From contig CAWDNU010000003.1 of NCBI GenBank assembly GCA_963803705.1, positions 1 to 64,000 on the forward strand: 64,000 nucleotides of DNA. Direction: 5' to 3'. Positions 1 to 10,635 of this stretch are shown here, piece by piece; within the stretch, counting starts at the first letter, position 1, and every line of letters begins with the position of its first letter. Both the position numbers and the translations under genes were made by a program. The notes under the pieces were generated by a model. That model had not been told where the DNA came from. It worked only from the letters and a program-made list of their open reading frames with translations, and did no database searches. The DNA is from an uncultured Pseudobdellovibrionaceae bacterium. GTDB taxonomy: Bacteria; Bdellovibrionota; Bdellovibrionia; Bdellovibrionales; UBA1609.

Positions 1-1
1 G

Positions 2-437
2 AGCTTTGAGCAGGGTGTAGCTAGTTATGATTATAGATCAAGCTACCACAATGTTGAAACCAACTTGAATGGCGAAATTTCCCGTGGTGACGAAAAGATT
101 CAGGAATCGGCGAATGGTTTCACGAAAAATTTTAAGAACGTGGCCGAGCAATCTTTGCAAGTAAGCGTCACCCACGACGGTGCGGAAAATGAAGACCAAA
201 GCGTCTATGTTCAACTTAGCTGTCAAAAGATTGTTAATACTTTTAACTTTAATGACTTTAAAATTTGAAATTAACTGGAACACCTACTTTAATTTGCAGC
301 GTGATCTTAACAAGTTTTCTTCTTTTGAAAGCAGTGATATCACAAAAGATGAAAATGCAGAACTGTGACAGACCACAAGATGATAATCAAAGAATATTTT
401 GTGCCAGTTTCCAAAATGTTCTGGATTCAAATAATTA
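2..437 (+). pseudogene. 3' part of a hypothetical protein entering from the window edge, split by about 2 frameshifts
   Basis: Open frame from position 2 to the stop at 268; coding-like sequence continues as KFEINWNTYF... (to 368) and NCDRPQDDNQRIFCASFQNVLDSNN* in other frames. Confidence 0.4.
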
Positions 438-499
438 AAACCTAGATGATTTTTCCACAAGCCCTAATTTTTTCAAAGTAAGTCCAAAATCTTGAAGAA

Positions 500-1198
500 G
501 TAAAACATGATTATACCTGGTCTTTTACATAACAAAATATCCAAAACTATTAGCAATGTCTTATTAATATCTTAGCTTTTATTTCTTTCCTAAGATGTGC
601 AATGTGGCTATTAACTGTTCTTTCTGTGATCGACAAATTGTTCCAGACGAATTCCATTATTTGCTGTCTATAAAACACGCGGTCCCATCTTTTGTGTCAA
701 ATAAGACAAAATCTTCATTTCTATCGCAGTCCAAGCTAATCTCAATTTTTTTATCTTTTCTACAACCATAAATACTTTTTGTTTTGAAAATCTAAAATCA
801 AATCTCCTACGTATCTGTGTATCTAGTGGTTCTGATATTTTTTAACGAGCGTTCAGCCGTATTTCCAATTCCAAGGGGTCAAATGGCTTTGCAATAAAGT
901 CATCAGCACCAAGTGCAAATGCCATCATCTTCTTAGATATATCTTTTTGAGACGGAGCTATGAAAAACGCCGTATTAGAAAAAAAACGTCTTTTTTCGAG
1001 ATTCAGCTCGAGTACCCTTAAGCCATCACCATCTTTCAATTGGATGTCTAGAATAGTACAGCATCGAAGGACTCGCTATCTAAAATCCTATTAGCGGATT
1101 CTACGCTATCAGTCACTTTAACATTAAAAAATCTTAGGCTTTCGATAACTAAAGTTTGTATTACAAGGTCGTCTTCTATGAATAAAACCGATTTTCAT
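500..1198 (-). pseudogene. OmpR/PhoB-type response regulator (REC + winged helix), frameshifted; 3' end approximate
   Basis: Pieces across frames read SVLFIEDD, LDIQLKDGDG, GADDFIAKPFDPLELEIRL and RTVNSHIAHLRK; several 1-nt indels. Confidence 0.75.
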
Positions 1199-1332
1199 AC
1201 TTATGACCTCAACAAAAAAAAACGTGTTTGTGAACTAACCTTCTCGAGATGGAAATAACTCCATATTTTTTACATCAAACTGTCAGTCTTACAGGTCGAT
1301 CATATACTTGAGTCTGACAACAAGGAGGACCG

Positions 1333-1850
1333 ATGAACCAAGTAAATTATGAGACGACTTACGACTATGACGACTTCACAGAAATAGAAGACATGCTGAC
1401 ATCAGATACACCACTTTACGACATGCTACAGGTGCAGAAACTATTAAGAAAAAAAATATTAAATGAACACAGAAGAATTTTGGTGGTCGAAGACGATGGT
1501 TTTGAACCTGTATGGGAACACATAATTGCTAGCGTTGATCCCAAAATAAGACTTCTTGGGTCTCTGCACCAATACAAGCCCAAGAACTGATTCATCGGTC
1601 AAACGAAGAAGGAAAGCCTTATGACTTAATTATAAGTGATATTTATTTATCTTCTACAATTACTGGAATTGATTTGTGGAACAGGTTTGGTAACGAGAAC
1701 AACTTTTTATTGATTTTCAAGTATAGATAACTACAAGATTATTGAACAGGCAAAAAATGTTGGTACAAGTCCGCCTCCATATATCAAAAGCCTTTAAATG
1801 AAAAACAGTGTGCTTCGGCTGTAAAAAGCCTAATTAACCCAGAGGACTAA
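1333..1850 (+). pseudogene. Receiver-domain response regulator, frameshifted
   Basis: RBS AAGGAGG at 1322-1328; RILVVEDD, then PYDLIISDIYL in another frame near 1617-1650. Confidence 0.6.
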
Positions 1851-1899
1851 ACTTGCGTAAAGCCATAAGTAAAATGTCCTAAAGCTGAGTATCTCAAAG

Positions 1900-4016
1900 T
1901 TGAGCACAAAGTATATGGTAGTAGTATCAGTGGCTCTGCTTCTGCTGTGCTTGGCTTTAGGGTCTGCCCTGCAAGCCTTTTCACATGTAAAAAAAACTAT
2001 CTCTCAGCGGCAGAATTTGACAGAGACAAATAACGTTGTTTACAGTTTGCTAATAGATTTGGGCCAGGAAGACATTTTCATCACTTCTGAAGATGATAAA
2101 TTTAAAGAAACCAAGAACCTGTCTATCTACCAGATTTCTAAGATACTTAACTCTTATTCCGAGCAGATCAAGATTGAAGAGCTTTCAGAATTTAATGACC
2201 TGGCTAAGCGTTACGTTGAGTCCAGTTACTTAAAGCGCAGAAAGATAACTTACAGACTACAAGTAGAAGCTAAAAAAATTCTTTCAAAATTAAGAGACAA
2301 GATAACAGTTTTAACTTCTGAGATCGAAGAGGAAATGCAGTCGATTATCTTGACGATAACATTAATATTGTCTTTTTCTGGTATATTTATGCTTTTTTCA
2401 ATTTTTTACAATTTCGTTGAACGAAAAAGTTGGAATCAATTGATTAAGAAACAACAGCAGCCAAAAGCACTGCTGAAAATCTTCTAAATTTAAAAACACA
2501 ATTTTTAGCCACTGTTAGTCACGAGGTTAGAACACCTCTAAACGGAATTATCGCTACAGCTGAAGTCTTAGATACTAACAAAAGTTTAGATGAAGACGCT
2601 AGATCGATGTGCTCGATCATTCAAAATTCTGGTAATACCTTACTACGAATTATAAACGATATTTTGGATTATTCGAAAATAGAGAGTGGTAACTTCGATT
2701 TTAACTTTGATAGCTTCAAAATAAAGAATTTGGTTAATGAAGTCGTTATGGCAAATAAGCACCGGGCACTGAAAAAACAAATAGATCTAAAAATTACCTT
2801 CAAGGATTTAAGGTTTGACAGTGTGATAACCGACCGAGACCGGCTGGCGCAAGTTCTTTACAACGTTATCGGAAATGCTATTAAATTTACTGATCACGGA
2901 TCAGTAAATTTAATAGTTGAAATTTTGGACATAGATAAAAAGCAATTCTTAAGCCTAAAAGTAAAAGACACAGGGATTGGAATTAGAGACAGTGAATGCG
3001 ATAAAGTTTTCACCCCTTTTATTCAAATACAGTCTCAAGGCACATCTGGTGAGCCAGGATCTGGGTTGGGACTTTCGATCAGTAAAAAAATCGTAGAAAG
3101 GTTAAAAGGCGAGCTGTCTTTTAAGAGCTACTATGGAATAGGCACCGAATTTACAATTCAAATACCTATTCAGAAAGGCAAAGAAAACACAAACGAAATA
3201 TTCTCGCAAAATAATTCTAGTTTACAGATTTGGAATAAAATAGATATTCAAGCTGCCAAGGACTTAGCCCAAGCGCCAAAGTTGATCTTCATCGCGGAAG
3301 ACAATCCAACTAATCAAATTGTTATTAGTACTATGCTAAAAAATGAAGACGCAAGGCATATTCTTTTTTCAAATGGGAAAGAGCTACTGGAGGCACTCGA
3401 CACCACTCTTCCAAGGTTCATCCTAATGGATTGTCAAATGCCAGTTATGGATGGCTATGAAGCAACTCAGTTAGTAAAACAGAACTTTCCTAACATACCA
3501 ATAATAGCTATGACCGCAGATGCAACCGAAAAAAATCAGGACTTATGCAAATCTATAAACTTTGATGGGATTATGATAAAACCATTAAGTATTAAGGCCG
3601 TGAATGATTTACTAGTTGAGTATGGTCTTACTACTGCAAAGAATGATATTAGAAACTTAGTAACTGCTAAATCCTCGATTTCTGTTCCACTTACAGGGAT
3701 TCCAAAATCAATATCTGACTTAGACGAAAGGTTTGGTAAAGACAAGCGAATCAAGATTATCAGTGCATTTACTGAACAGATTCAGAATCTTGACTTTGAA
3801 CTTAATGAAAAAGTAAAAACTAAGAATTTGGGTGATTTAAAAAGAGTAGGGCATAAGTTAAAATCCTCTTGCCAACTTATAGGAGCAGAAAAATTCTGCG
3901 AACTTTTTACCGAGTTAGAAAAGTCTGATGACTTTGAGCTGTCAAAAAAAATCACTGCCGAAATCATAGCAGAAAAGAAAAACGTTTCTAAAATTCTTAT
4001 CAAGGCAAATTCTTAA
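1900..4016 (+). CDS. Hybrid sensor histidine kinase (2 TM, HisKA, HATPase, REC, HPt), split by one frameshift near 2460-2487
   Basis: ORF 1900-2487 has two TM segments; H-box FLATVSHEVRTPLNGI near 2502-2550 is in frame with ORF 2607-4016 (NAIKFT, DTGIGI, GSGLGL, LMDCQMP, HKLKSS). Confidence 0.85.
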
Positions 4017-4022
4017 TTTTAT

Positions 4023-4541
4023 CTATTTTGAATGTTCAATTATTTGTATATTGGCAGTGTCATAGTCTTTAGATTTTAAAGTAGAGATGATTTTCTTAAG
4101 CACATCAGCTTCCATGTGCTTACTTCTGGACATTATCCAAAGATAACTTTGATTTGGAACTCCGACAGCTGTCCATTGATAATCTGGGTCAATTTCCATA
4201 ATTATATAGTCAAATTTAAGCGGCCAGAAGGGCTGCACGCTCCAAAAAGAATTTGATTCTTTATCTTTAAGCCATGCTTTTTGCTTAATAGTTTTTTTCG
4301 GACCATCCAGCGCATTTTTATTGTAAGTAAATGTAATATCTATGCGTTTTCTAGATTTGTTCCATTTGTAATGCTCTAAAGAATTATAAGCGCCTTTTTC
4401 AAAGTATGTGGTGCGACCAGCGATAACAAACCATTCACCCATAAATCTTTCTAAATCCAATTTTTCTACGGTATTCATGTATCCTCCTGAAGCGCAGCTT
4501 GTAAGTATTAACAACAGCATATTGCAAATCCAATATTTCAT
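4023..4541 (-). CDS. Lipocalin family lipoprotein (Blc-like)
   Basis: Lipobox LTSC; FMGEWFVIA; YLWIMSR. Confidence 0.85.
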   Translation of the reverse strand: MKYWICNMLLLILTSCASGGYMNTVEKLDLERFMGEWFVIAGRTTYFEKGAYNSLEHYKWNKSRKRIDITFTYNKNALDGPKKTIKQKAWLKDKESNSFWSVQPFWPLKFDYIIMEIDPDYQWTAVGVPNQSYLWIMSRSKHMEADVLKKIISTLKSKDYDTANIQIIEHSK

Positions 4542-5188
4542 TTAATTAGCCTAACCTTTTCACCCGGGGCAGGTTTGTTAGCGTAGGGTCGCTTTTCTAT
4601 TATTTCAGTTTCATAGTAGGTGTCCAATCCGCTTAAAGCCACCGTGCCTAGCTTCTGATAATTTAAGCTACCGTCTTCTTGTATCAAATCAGATTCACAT
4701 TGAATAAATAAAACCTCTCCGATTACAATTTCTGTTCCATTAGCTTTTATATGGTGATGTTCTACTAATTTCATGGCTATTTTAACTTTGGCCTCTTTGA
4801 CAAATGGCGCATAAAAATCACTTATATACTCTTCGCTCAGACCGACTCTTAAAAATTCAGACTGGTTTTTGGGGTACTTAGCACTTGTTTGATGAGCTTG
4901 TTTGTAAAAGCTTTGGTCCACATGGTTAATAGTAAAAAAACTATTTTCCATAATATTCTCAAAAGTCTGTCGGGGTGTCTTATTGGGCCGAAAATTAAAA
5001 CTTATCAAGGGCGGGTTCGAGCCCACATGACAACAAGAGCTAAGAATAGCAAGGTTCGGATACTTCACAGTCTGGCCGTTAGCGGTGCCCACTAAATTGA
5101 CCGGTTTGTAGCCGGTCAAACTGTTGATCAACTGGACCCGGTAGCGCTTTTCCATAGCATCTATATCAGTTCTTAAAATTAAAGACAT
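4538..5188 (-). CDS. Flavin reductase-like protein (DIM6/NTAB family)
   Basis: NLAILSS..HVGSNPP, FTINHV, APFVKEA, IVIGEV; ATGA overlap with the lipocalin gene. Confidence 0.85.
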   Translation of the reverse strand: MSLILRTDIDAMEKRYRVQLINSLTGYKPVNLVGTANGQTVKYPNLAILSSCCHVGSNPPLISFNFRPNKTPRQTFENIMENSFFTINHVDQSFYKQAHQTSAKYPKNQSEFLRVGLSEEYISDFYAPFVKEAKVKIAMKLVEHHHIKANGTEIVIGEVLFIQCESDLIQEDGSLNYQKLGTVALSGLDTYYETEIIEKRPYANKPAPGEKVRLIK

Positions 5189-5308
5189 ATGAATATCTTA
5201 CATACAACTTAAGCCATTCGACATAGATCTTTTCATTTGATTTTTAAAATCAAACAAGGGCTAAATTTAAAGTGTTTTTTAGCTCAGTTATTGCTATAAA
5301 TTTAAGTA

Positions 5309-6061
5309 ATGTCTGTCCCATCGCTAAAATTTTTAATAGCATCTTTACTAAAGTCTAACGAGTCGGATTTTAACCGTCATTCTAAAGCTAAGCCGCCAAT
5401 CAAGTCGTTAATTGGCAGCTTGTTCCTACACATTTTAGTAGTGTCTTTGATTTTTGGCACTGCTCTTTTTAAGCGAAGTAAGCCAAATCTAATAAATACT
5501 ATGGATGCAGATCTTGTAGATATTGAATTCACTAGATTGGATCAAGATCTGAATTTTAAAACAAAAACAGCACAGAAAAAGAGTCAAAAAAAAGTTGTAA
5601 AATCTGTTTCAAAAACTAAGCGCATAGCAAATCTAGAAAGTGACATGGCTATTAAGAATATTGCAAAAGCTGCGTCTACTCGTGTAGTTGAAAAAAACCA
5701 AGAACCTGTAGGTAGAGAGGACACCGAATTAGCTTCAGAGTCGGGCGAGAGCTCAGAATTATCAAGTAAAGTCAAAATGAGCTATGACCAGTATTTGGTG
5801 TCCTACATAAACAAATACAAAACTTATCCCAGAATCGCAGAGCGCTTGAAGCAACAGGGTGTCGTATTATCAAAAATCGTAATTTCTAAAGAAGGAAAGC
5901 TTAAAAATATAATTATTTCTAAATCTTCTGGATTTAGCTCACTTGATCAAGGAACTATCAGTCTTATTAAATCGTTAGCACCATTTAAGCCCTTACCAGG
6001 TCAATTTAAATCCGAATATAAAGTTAGTATTCCTATCGAATATATTTTAGCCGGTTCCTAA
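5309..6061 (+). CDS. Energy transducer TonB family protein
   Basis: N-terminal TM SLFLH; C-terminal YPRIAERLKQQG...SSGFSSLD...APFKPLP. Confidence 0.85.
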   Translation: MSVPSLKFLIASLLKSNESDFNRHSKAKPPIKSLIGSLFLHILVVSLIFGTALFKRSKPNLINTMDADLVDIEFTRLDQDLNFKTKTAQKKSQKKVVKSVSKTKRIANLESDMAIKNIAKAASTRVVEKNQEPVGREDTELASESGESSELSSKVKMSYDQYLVSYINKYKTYPRIAERLKQQGVVLSKIVISKEGKLKNIIISKSSGFSSLDQGTISLIKSLAPFKPLPGQFKSEYKVSIPIEYILAGS

Positions 6062-6062
6062 A

Positions 6063-6242
6063 TTCTGTCGAAGTTCAATTTAATATTTCGTTATTTTAAT
6101 TTATATCTTATAGCTGTCAAAAATCTCGGACAGGCTTTGTCACTCGACTTGCGTTCGCAAGTTTTTGTGTCAAAGAACTCGTTTTTGACAGCTATAAGAT
6201 ATAAATTAAAATAACGAAATATTAAATTGAACTTCGACAGAA
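6063..6242. repeat. Perfect 61-bp inverted repeat with a 58-bp structured spacer (MITE/REP-like)
   Basis: 6063-6123 is the exact reverse complement of 6182-6242; internal hairpin ACTTGCG-TT-CGCAAGT; lies between convergent genes. Confidence 0.9.
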
Positions 6243-6250
6243 CTAGACAA

Positions 6251-6991
6251 TCAATGCACAAGGAAGATAAAGCAGGCACCTAAAATAACGCCCAAAAAGC
6301 CGTGTTTATCTTTTAAAGAGGCTGGTACCAAATGTCCGAAAGACACGTAAAGCATAACTCCAGTAACTAATGGCAAAACATAACTTTCAAAATCCAGAAG
6401 GTGCGACGCAAATAAACTAACGATAGTCCCAGCAAAAATAGCTAAACCTACCAAAGCTGCATTTTTGTAAGAAGAGCTTTTGTTGAATCCTCCAGAAAGA
6501 CCGATGCTAACCACTAGACTACTTTCTGCGATGGTGTGGACTAGAAAACCTATCGTTACAAGCAGTCCAATACTGTTATTCATCATGAATCCTGCTGTTA
6601 TTTCAATTCCATCAAAAAAAGCACAGACTAGGATACAACCAATAGAGGTACAGGCCGCGTGGTGGGAAATTAAGTGCTTTTGATCCGGTGCTTCGTGATG
6701 GTGGTGGCACTCTGTGGAAACCTCCTTACCAAAAATAAGAGGCGCTAAGTGATCCTCAGAGGCTTTAATTATTAAAAAACCTAAAAAAATTAAAATCGCT
6801 TTCAGCGGATTGGGGTTTGCATATATCCGCGGTAAAAATTCAACCAAAGTAATTCCGATCAGCAGGCCACCACCAACCGCCACTAAAAAGGGAAGGTAGG
6901 GTTTAAAAAAATCATGATTTTTAGCGACTAAAAGCCCTAAGAACGTAGAGCAAATCGCTACAAAAAGACCAATAAAAAACACACTTAACAA
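6251..6991 (-). CDS. ZIP family divalent metal transporter
   Basis: Multi-TM; His-rich loop CHHHHE; FFDG, HTIAE, GVMLYVS..HLVP; RBS AGGAG before the TTG start. Confidence 0.85.
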   Translation of the reverse strand: MLSVFFIGLFVAICSTFLGLLVAKNHDFFKPYLPFLVAVGGGLLIGITLVEFLPRIYANPNPLKAILIFLGFLIIKASEDHLAPLIFGKEVSTECHHHHEAPDQKHLISHHAACTSIGCILVCAFFDGIEITAGFMMNNSIGLLVTIGFLVHTIAESSLVVSIGLSGGFNKSSSYKNAALVGLAIFAGTIVSLFASHLLDFESYVLPLVTGVMLYVSFGHLVPASLKDKHGFLGVILGACFIFLVH

Positions 6992-7167
6992 TGTAAGCTC
7001 CTAAAGAATTTCTGACTATAGTGGTGTTTAGATCTTATTGCAAATTTTTGCATCAGAGAAATGTTTTCATGGTTGTGATTAAATCAAGTCTTGCGCCGGT
7101 TTTCTTAGATCTCACTACTCTGACCTTACTAAAATTTAAAGACCTAAGGTTGAATGACTTGAAAAAA

Positions 7168-9372
7168 CTAGAAAGTATATTTAAGACCAAGCTGTATGGC
7201 CCTTGGTTGGCCAGGGCGAAGTCCGAAAGGACGTGCTGCCACTGCATATTGGGCATCAAATAAATTACTGACTTTGGCATTAATTTTTAAGTCATCACTA
7301 ACCTTGTAAAAACCGACTAAATCCGTAAAAGAAAATCCGTCAATTTGCACGCGGTTTTCGCTTACACTTTGATCAAAAACTTTGGATTGATAAGTGTAGG
7401 AAAGTTCAGAACCAAAATTTTTAAAGTTGGCGCCCACCGAAATAGTGTACTGAAGTTCTGGTATGTAGGGTAATGGGTCACCACTTTGAACTTGGCCTTG
7501 ACCCCACTCTGGCGAAGTTGATTCGAAGGCGGAATCAAATGTGGCATTCAGGTAAGTTAAATTTAGTCCAATCGGAGTATAAATTGATCCTACAAAAAAA
7601 CCTTTGGCCATTCCTGCCTCAAAACCATAAATGTTTGCTGCCCCACCGTTAAAAGCTTCTCCGGTGCCAGAGGTGCAACCACCAGATACGGTGCAGGTTC
7701 CAGTAATATTTTGGTAATCGGTATAAAAAGCAGTTGCATCAGCTTGTAGCAGGATGTCCTGATTTAGATACTTAAATAAAAGCTCATAATTATTAGCTGT
7801 TTCGTTAACTTCGTCGCCACTACTTGATAGACCCGCAAGCGAGGCTGCGCGGTTGTAACTAGTTCCAATGGACATTTGGCCAGTTAATCTTCTAAGGATC
7901 GATATGCCGGGAATGACAGCCAGGTTCGAGCTATTAGAATCGCTTGCTGGATTCAAGTTATTTTCAAAATCGTAGTTCACTGATTCTAGTCTAAGCACTG
8001 GTGTAAAGATTAATGATTTGTAAGTTACCTTTGTCAGCGAAGAAAGCGTAAAAGCAGAGGTGGTTTGGGTTTCTAAGCTAGTTTGCTGTGAAGGATCACC
8101 TACTGCAAAAAGTTCGCCGCCTGACATCTCAAAATTATTAGAAGTCTGGTCCCTAAAAATTTGGTCCTGATGCGCGCGGGCAAAGAGTTCTGGTTCGATC
8201 TTCACTAAACCCGATTTTAATTTTATTTGAAACTCGTCAGTGTATTTGGACTGCAAGCCTTGGCTATAGAATACCCGGTGGTTGTTCGCAAGCAGTAGCT
8301 CTCCATTAGAGCCTACTTCAGCAGAGTCTCTATTTCCGCGCAAAATATCATAAAAAATTGGTTCAGAAGAAGGGTCATTCAGAATTTTTGTGAACGCGCG
8401 GTTAGGGTTAGGGTCTCTGAACCTATCCAAACGGCGCCAGGTTCGGTCGAAATTTTGTCTGTAAGCCACAGTCTCGATTAAGCCAGTGTTTGAAACCTGA
8501 AGGTTGTGCCTGACCTGATAGGTTTGATGATTCCAACTCATATTGTCTAGTGCAGACGATGAGTATCTTCTAAATGGATTTAAGTTAAAGTCTTGTCTTG
8601 AAAGTCCTAGGTAAGTTTCGTTCGAGTCTTCAAATGAAAGACCTAGTCTAAATTCAAGATTTTGAATATAATTTCCTTTAGAAATATCCCATCTGATTTT
8701 TGTTAAAAAATCTGTTTTGTTTATGTCTGTACTGGCACCACCATCGATTGTCTTAAAACCATCAGACATAATATGTGAACCCTCAACCAAATAACCACCA
8801 AAAGGTAGTTTGCCTGAAAAGCCAACTTTAGTATTTAGAGTATTAAATGACCCGTAGGTAAGTTGCGAATAATTAAGCCTATCTTTTTCTGTGATCGAAG
8901 GGGTGACATAGTTTATAGCGCCGCCAACCGAATTAGGACCAATGTGGCTGGCTGAAAAACCTTTGAATATATCAAGGCGCTCGACGTGATTCATATTAGG
9001 TGTGTAATATGCAGCTGGTGCTGAGTAAGGGGCTGGGCCAATTAAAACACCATCCTCTAAAATTACAATTTTTTTTGAGCGATCAGGATTCGTACCCCGA
9101 AGACCGATATTGGGTCTAAGGCCTAGCCCATCTTCCTCGCGAACATAAACGCCACTAACTTGCTTTAAAGCTCGGTTGATATCTGTAAACTGGTAAAGCT
9201 CGAACTTTTTTTCATTCACAGTTTGACCAGTAAATCCACGATCGACCTGATCCGCACTGTCACCAAAAACAACAATGGGCCGAAGAGATTTTTCTTCAGC
9301 CCGAACAACACTAATTTGTAGAATTATAAAAAAGAATATCAAAAACTTAAGATTCATTCTAATCAGCATCAC
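7168..9372 (-). CDS. TonB-dependent outer-membrane receptor (FecA-like)
   Basis: Plug motif GVYVREEDGLGLRPNIGLRG..RS, GGAINYVT, NLFD, terminal F. Confidence 0.9.
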   Translation of the reverse strand: MMLIRMNLKFLIFFFIILQISVVRAEEKSLRPIVVFGDSADQVDRGFTGQTVNEKKFELYQFTDINRALKQVSGVYVREEDGLGLRPNIGLRGTNPDRSKKIVILEDGVLIGPAPYSAPAAYYTPNMNHVERLDIFKGFSASHIGPNSVGGAINYVTPSITEKDRLNYSQLTYGSFNTLNTKVGFSGKLPFGGYLVEGSHIMSDGFKTIDGGASTDINKTDFLTKIRWDISKGNYIQNLEFRLGLSFEDSNETYLGLSRQDFNLNPFRRYSSSALDNMSWNHQTYQVRHNLQVSNTGLIETVAYRQNFDRTWRRLDRFRDPNPNRAFTKILNDPSSEPIFYDILRGNRDSAEVGSNGELLLANNHRVFYSQGLQSKYTDEFQIKLKSGLVKIEPELFARAHQDQIFRDQTSNNFEMSGGELFAVGDPSQQTSLETQTTSAFTLSSLTKVTYKSLIFTPVLRLESVNYDFENNLNPASDSNSSNLAVIPGISILRRLTGQMSIGTSYNRAASLAGLSSSGDEVNETANNYELLFKYLNQDILLQADATAFYTDYQNITGTCTVSGGCTSGTGEAFNGGAANIYGFEAGMAKGFFVGSIYTPIGLNLTYLNATFDSAFESTSPEWGQGQVQSGDPLPYIPELQYTISVGANFKNFGSELSYTYQSKVFDQSVSENRVQIDGFSFTDLVGFYKVSDDLKINAKVSNLFDAQYAVAARPFGLRPGQPRAIQLGLKYTF

Positions 9373-10624
9373 CCTGATAGACTAGCGGAGCATTCAATTG
9401 AAGAGCCGGAAAAAAATCAGCCCGAATTGTCTGAGTAAGCTTGCGGATTTTTCGCTGCAAGGTGCAAACGGGAACTAATTCGTTTTTATCGGTGGAGTCT
9501 TCACACTCTTTAACCGGAGCAGCACTGACAAGTTCATTTAATGTACCGAATTGGCTGACTTTATCTACGTACTTAGTTAGCTCATCAGTTTGATTTGAAA
9601 GATCGACATAGATATCTTTAAAACCTTGGTTTGTTAAGTAAGCTCCTAAACCACCTTGATCTAATATTTGTGAAAAGCCTAAAAATTGCATCTTCAAAGC
9701 ATTTAAACCTGTTTGGCTCCACTTATGTTCAATATTTTCAACACACTTTCCAGACTGATCCAGGCAGTCCTTGTGAAGGCCCAATGGCTTTCCTAATTGA
9801 ACATCTTTGGCGTTTTCCAGCATGGTAAAAAACTGATCAGTGATCTCGTTCAATACGGATTTGAAGCTTTCAAAATTAGAGCCGTCTATCATTTTAGCAG
9901 TGTAATTTGAACCTGCCACATCCCACGCCTGATTCAAAGTGTGAGCTTGGTCTAAAACATCATTTGCTGCTGCCAGTGCTAGGTTACACATATCTTTTGT
10001 TTTTTCAGCGGTGCTCAATCTTAACCATTCGTGGACTTTTTGAAATCGCTTATTTCTTTGATTACAATCTGTAGAATCAAGGTCCTTAAACAGTCCAAAT
10101 TCAACAGCCATCATGCCTTTGCTGGTATAAAGCGAAGAGGCATCAAGCTGCCCACTGCTTTTAACGGCAAGCATTTCCATGTGCATTCCACACTCGTAGG
10201 CTAGCGGCCAGCTGTAAATGTTGTTGGCAAGCTCTCTTGAATTGCTGTAAATCGGACCGAATGGGGCTGTAGACATTTTGTGGTACGCACCCATGGTTTC
10301 TGTCCAAGCTTGGCGAGCTTCATATTTTAAGTCACTTGTGAATTCAGCATCGACTGAACTTGATGACAGGATGTCACAGTAAGTTCCAATTTTTTCGACC
10401 ATTGAACTAGCTTCTGTCAAAAAATTTTTAGCCGTAGGGGCGTAATATTGGACGCCTAACTGTGCCAGTAAAGCCCCCAAATTAAGATTTTTGGGACTTA
10501 TTTCTGAGTTGGCTTTAGATATTAAACCTTTGATCTCTTGATCGCTTATTTTTTCAGAAGAAGACTTTGAGGCCCCCAACCATCCAAAACATAAAAAGGC
10601 TATAAGCAGTAGTAGATGTTTCAA
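9359..10624 (-). CDS. Imelysin-like secreted iron-uptake protein
   Basis: ARQAW, IYSWP, KGMMAVEFGLF, KDVQLGKPLG, C-terminal GDAD; co-operonic with the receptor. Confidence 0.75.
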   Translation of the reverse strand: MKHLLLLIAFLCFGWLGASKSSSEKISDQEIKGLISKANSEISPKNLNLGALLAQLGVQYYAPTAKNFLTEASSMVEKIGTYCDILSSSSVDAEFTSDLKYEARQAWTETMGAYHKMSTAPFGPIYSNSRELANNIYSWPLAYECGMHMEMLAVKSSGQLDASSLYTSKGMMAVEFGLFKDLDSTDCNQRNKRFQKVHEWLRLSTAEKTKDMCNLALAAANDVLDQAHTLNQAWDVAGSNYTAKMIDGSNFESFKSVLNEITDQFFTMLENAKDVQLGKPLGLHKDCLDQSGKCVENIEHKWSQTGLNALKMQFLGFSQILDQGGLGAYLTNQGFKDIYVDLSNQTDELTKYVDKVSQFGTLNELVSAAPVKECEDSTDKNELVPVCTLQRKIRKLTQTIRADFFPALQLNAPLVYQGDAD

Positions 10625-10635
10625 TTAAGAACTCC

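Noticed and set aside
6091..6279. 62-aa ORF across the long inverted repeat
   Set aside because: Runs through the palindrome and overlaps the ZIP stop; no RBS or recognisable motif
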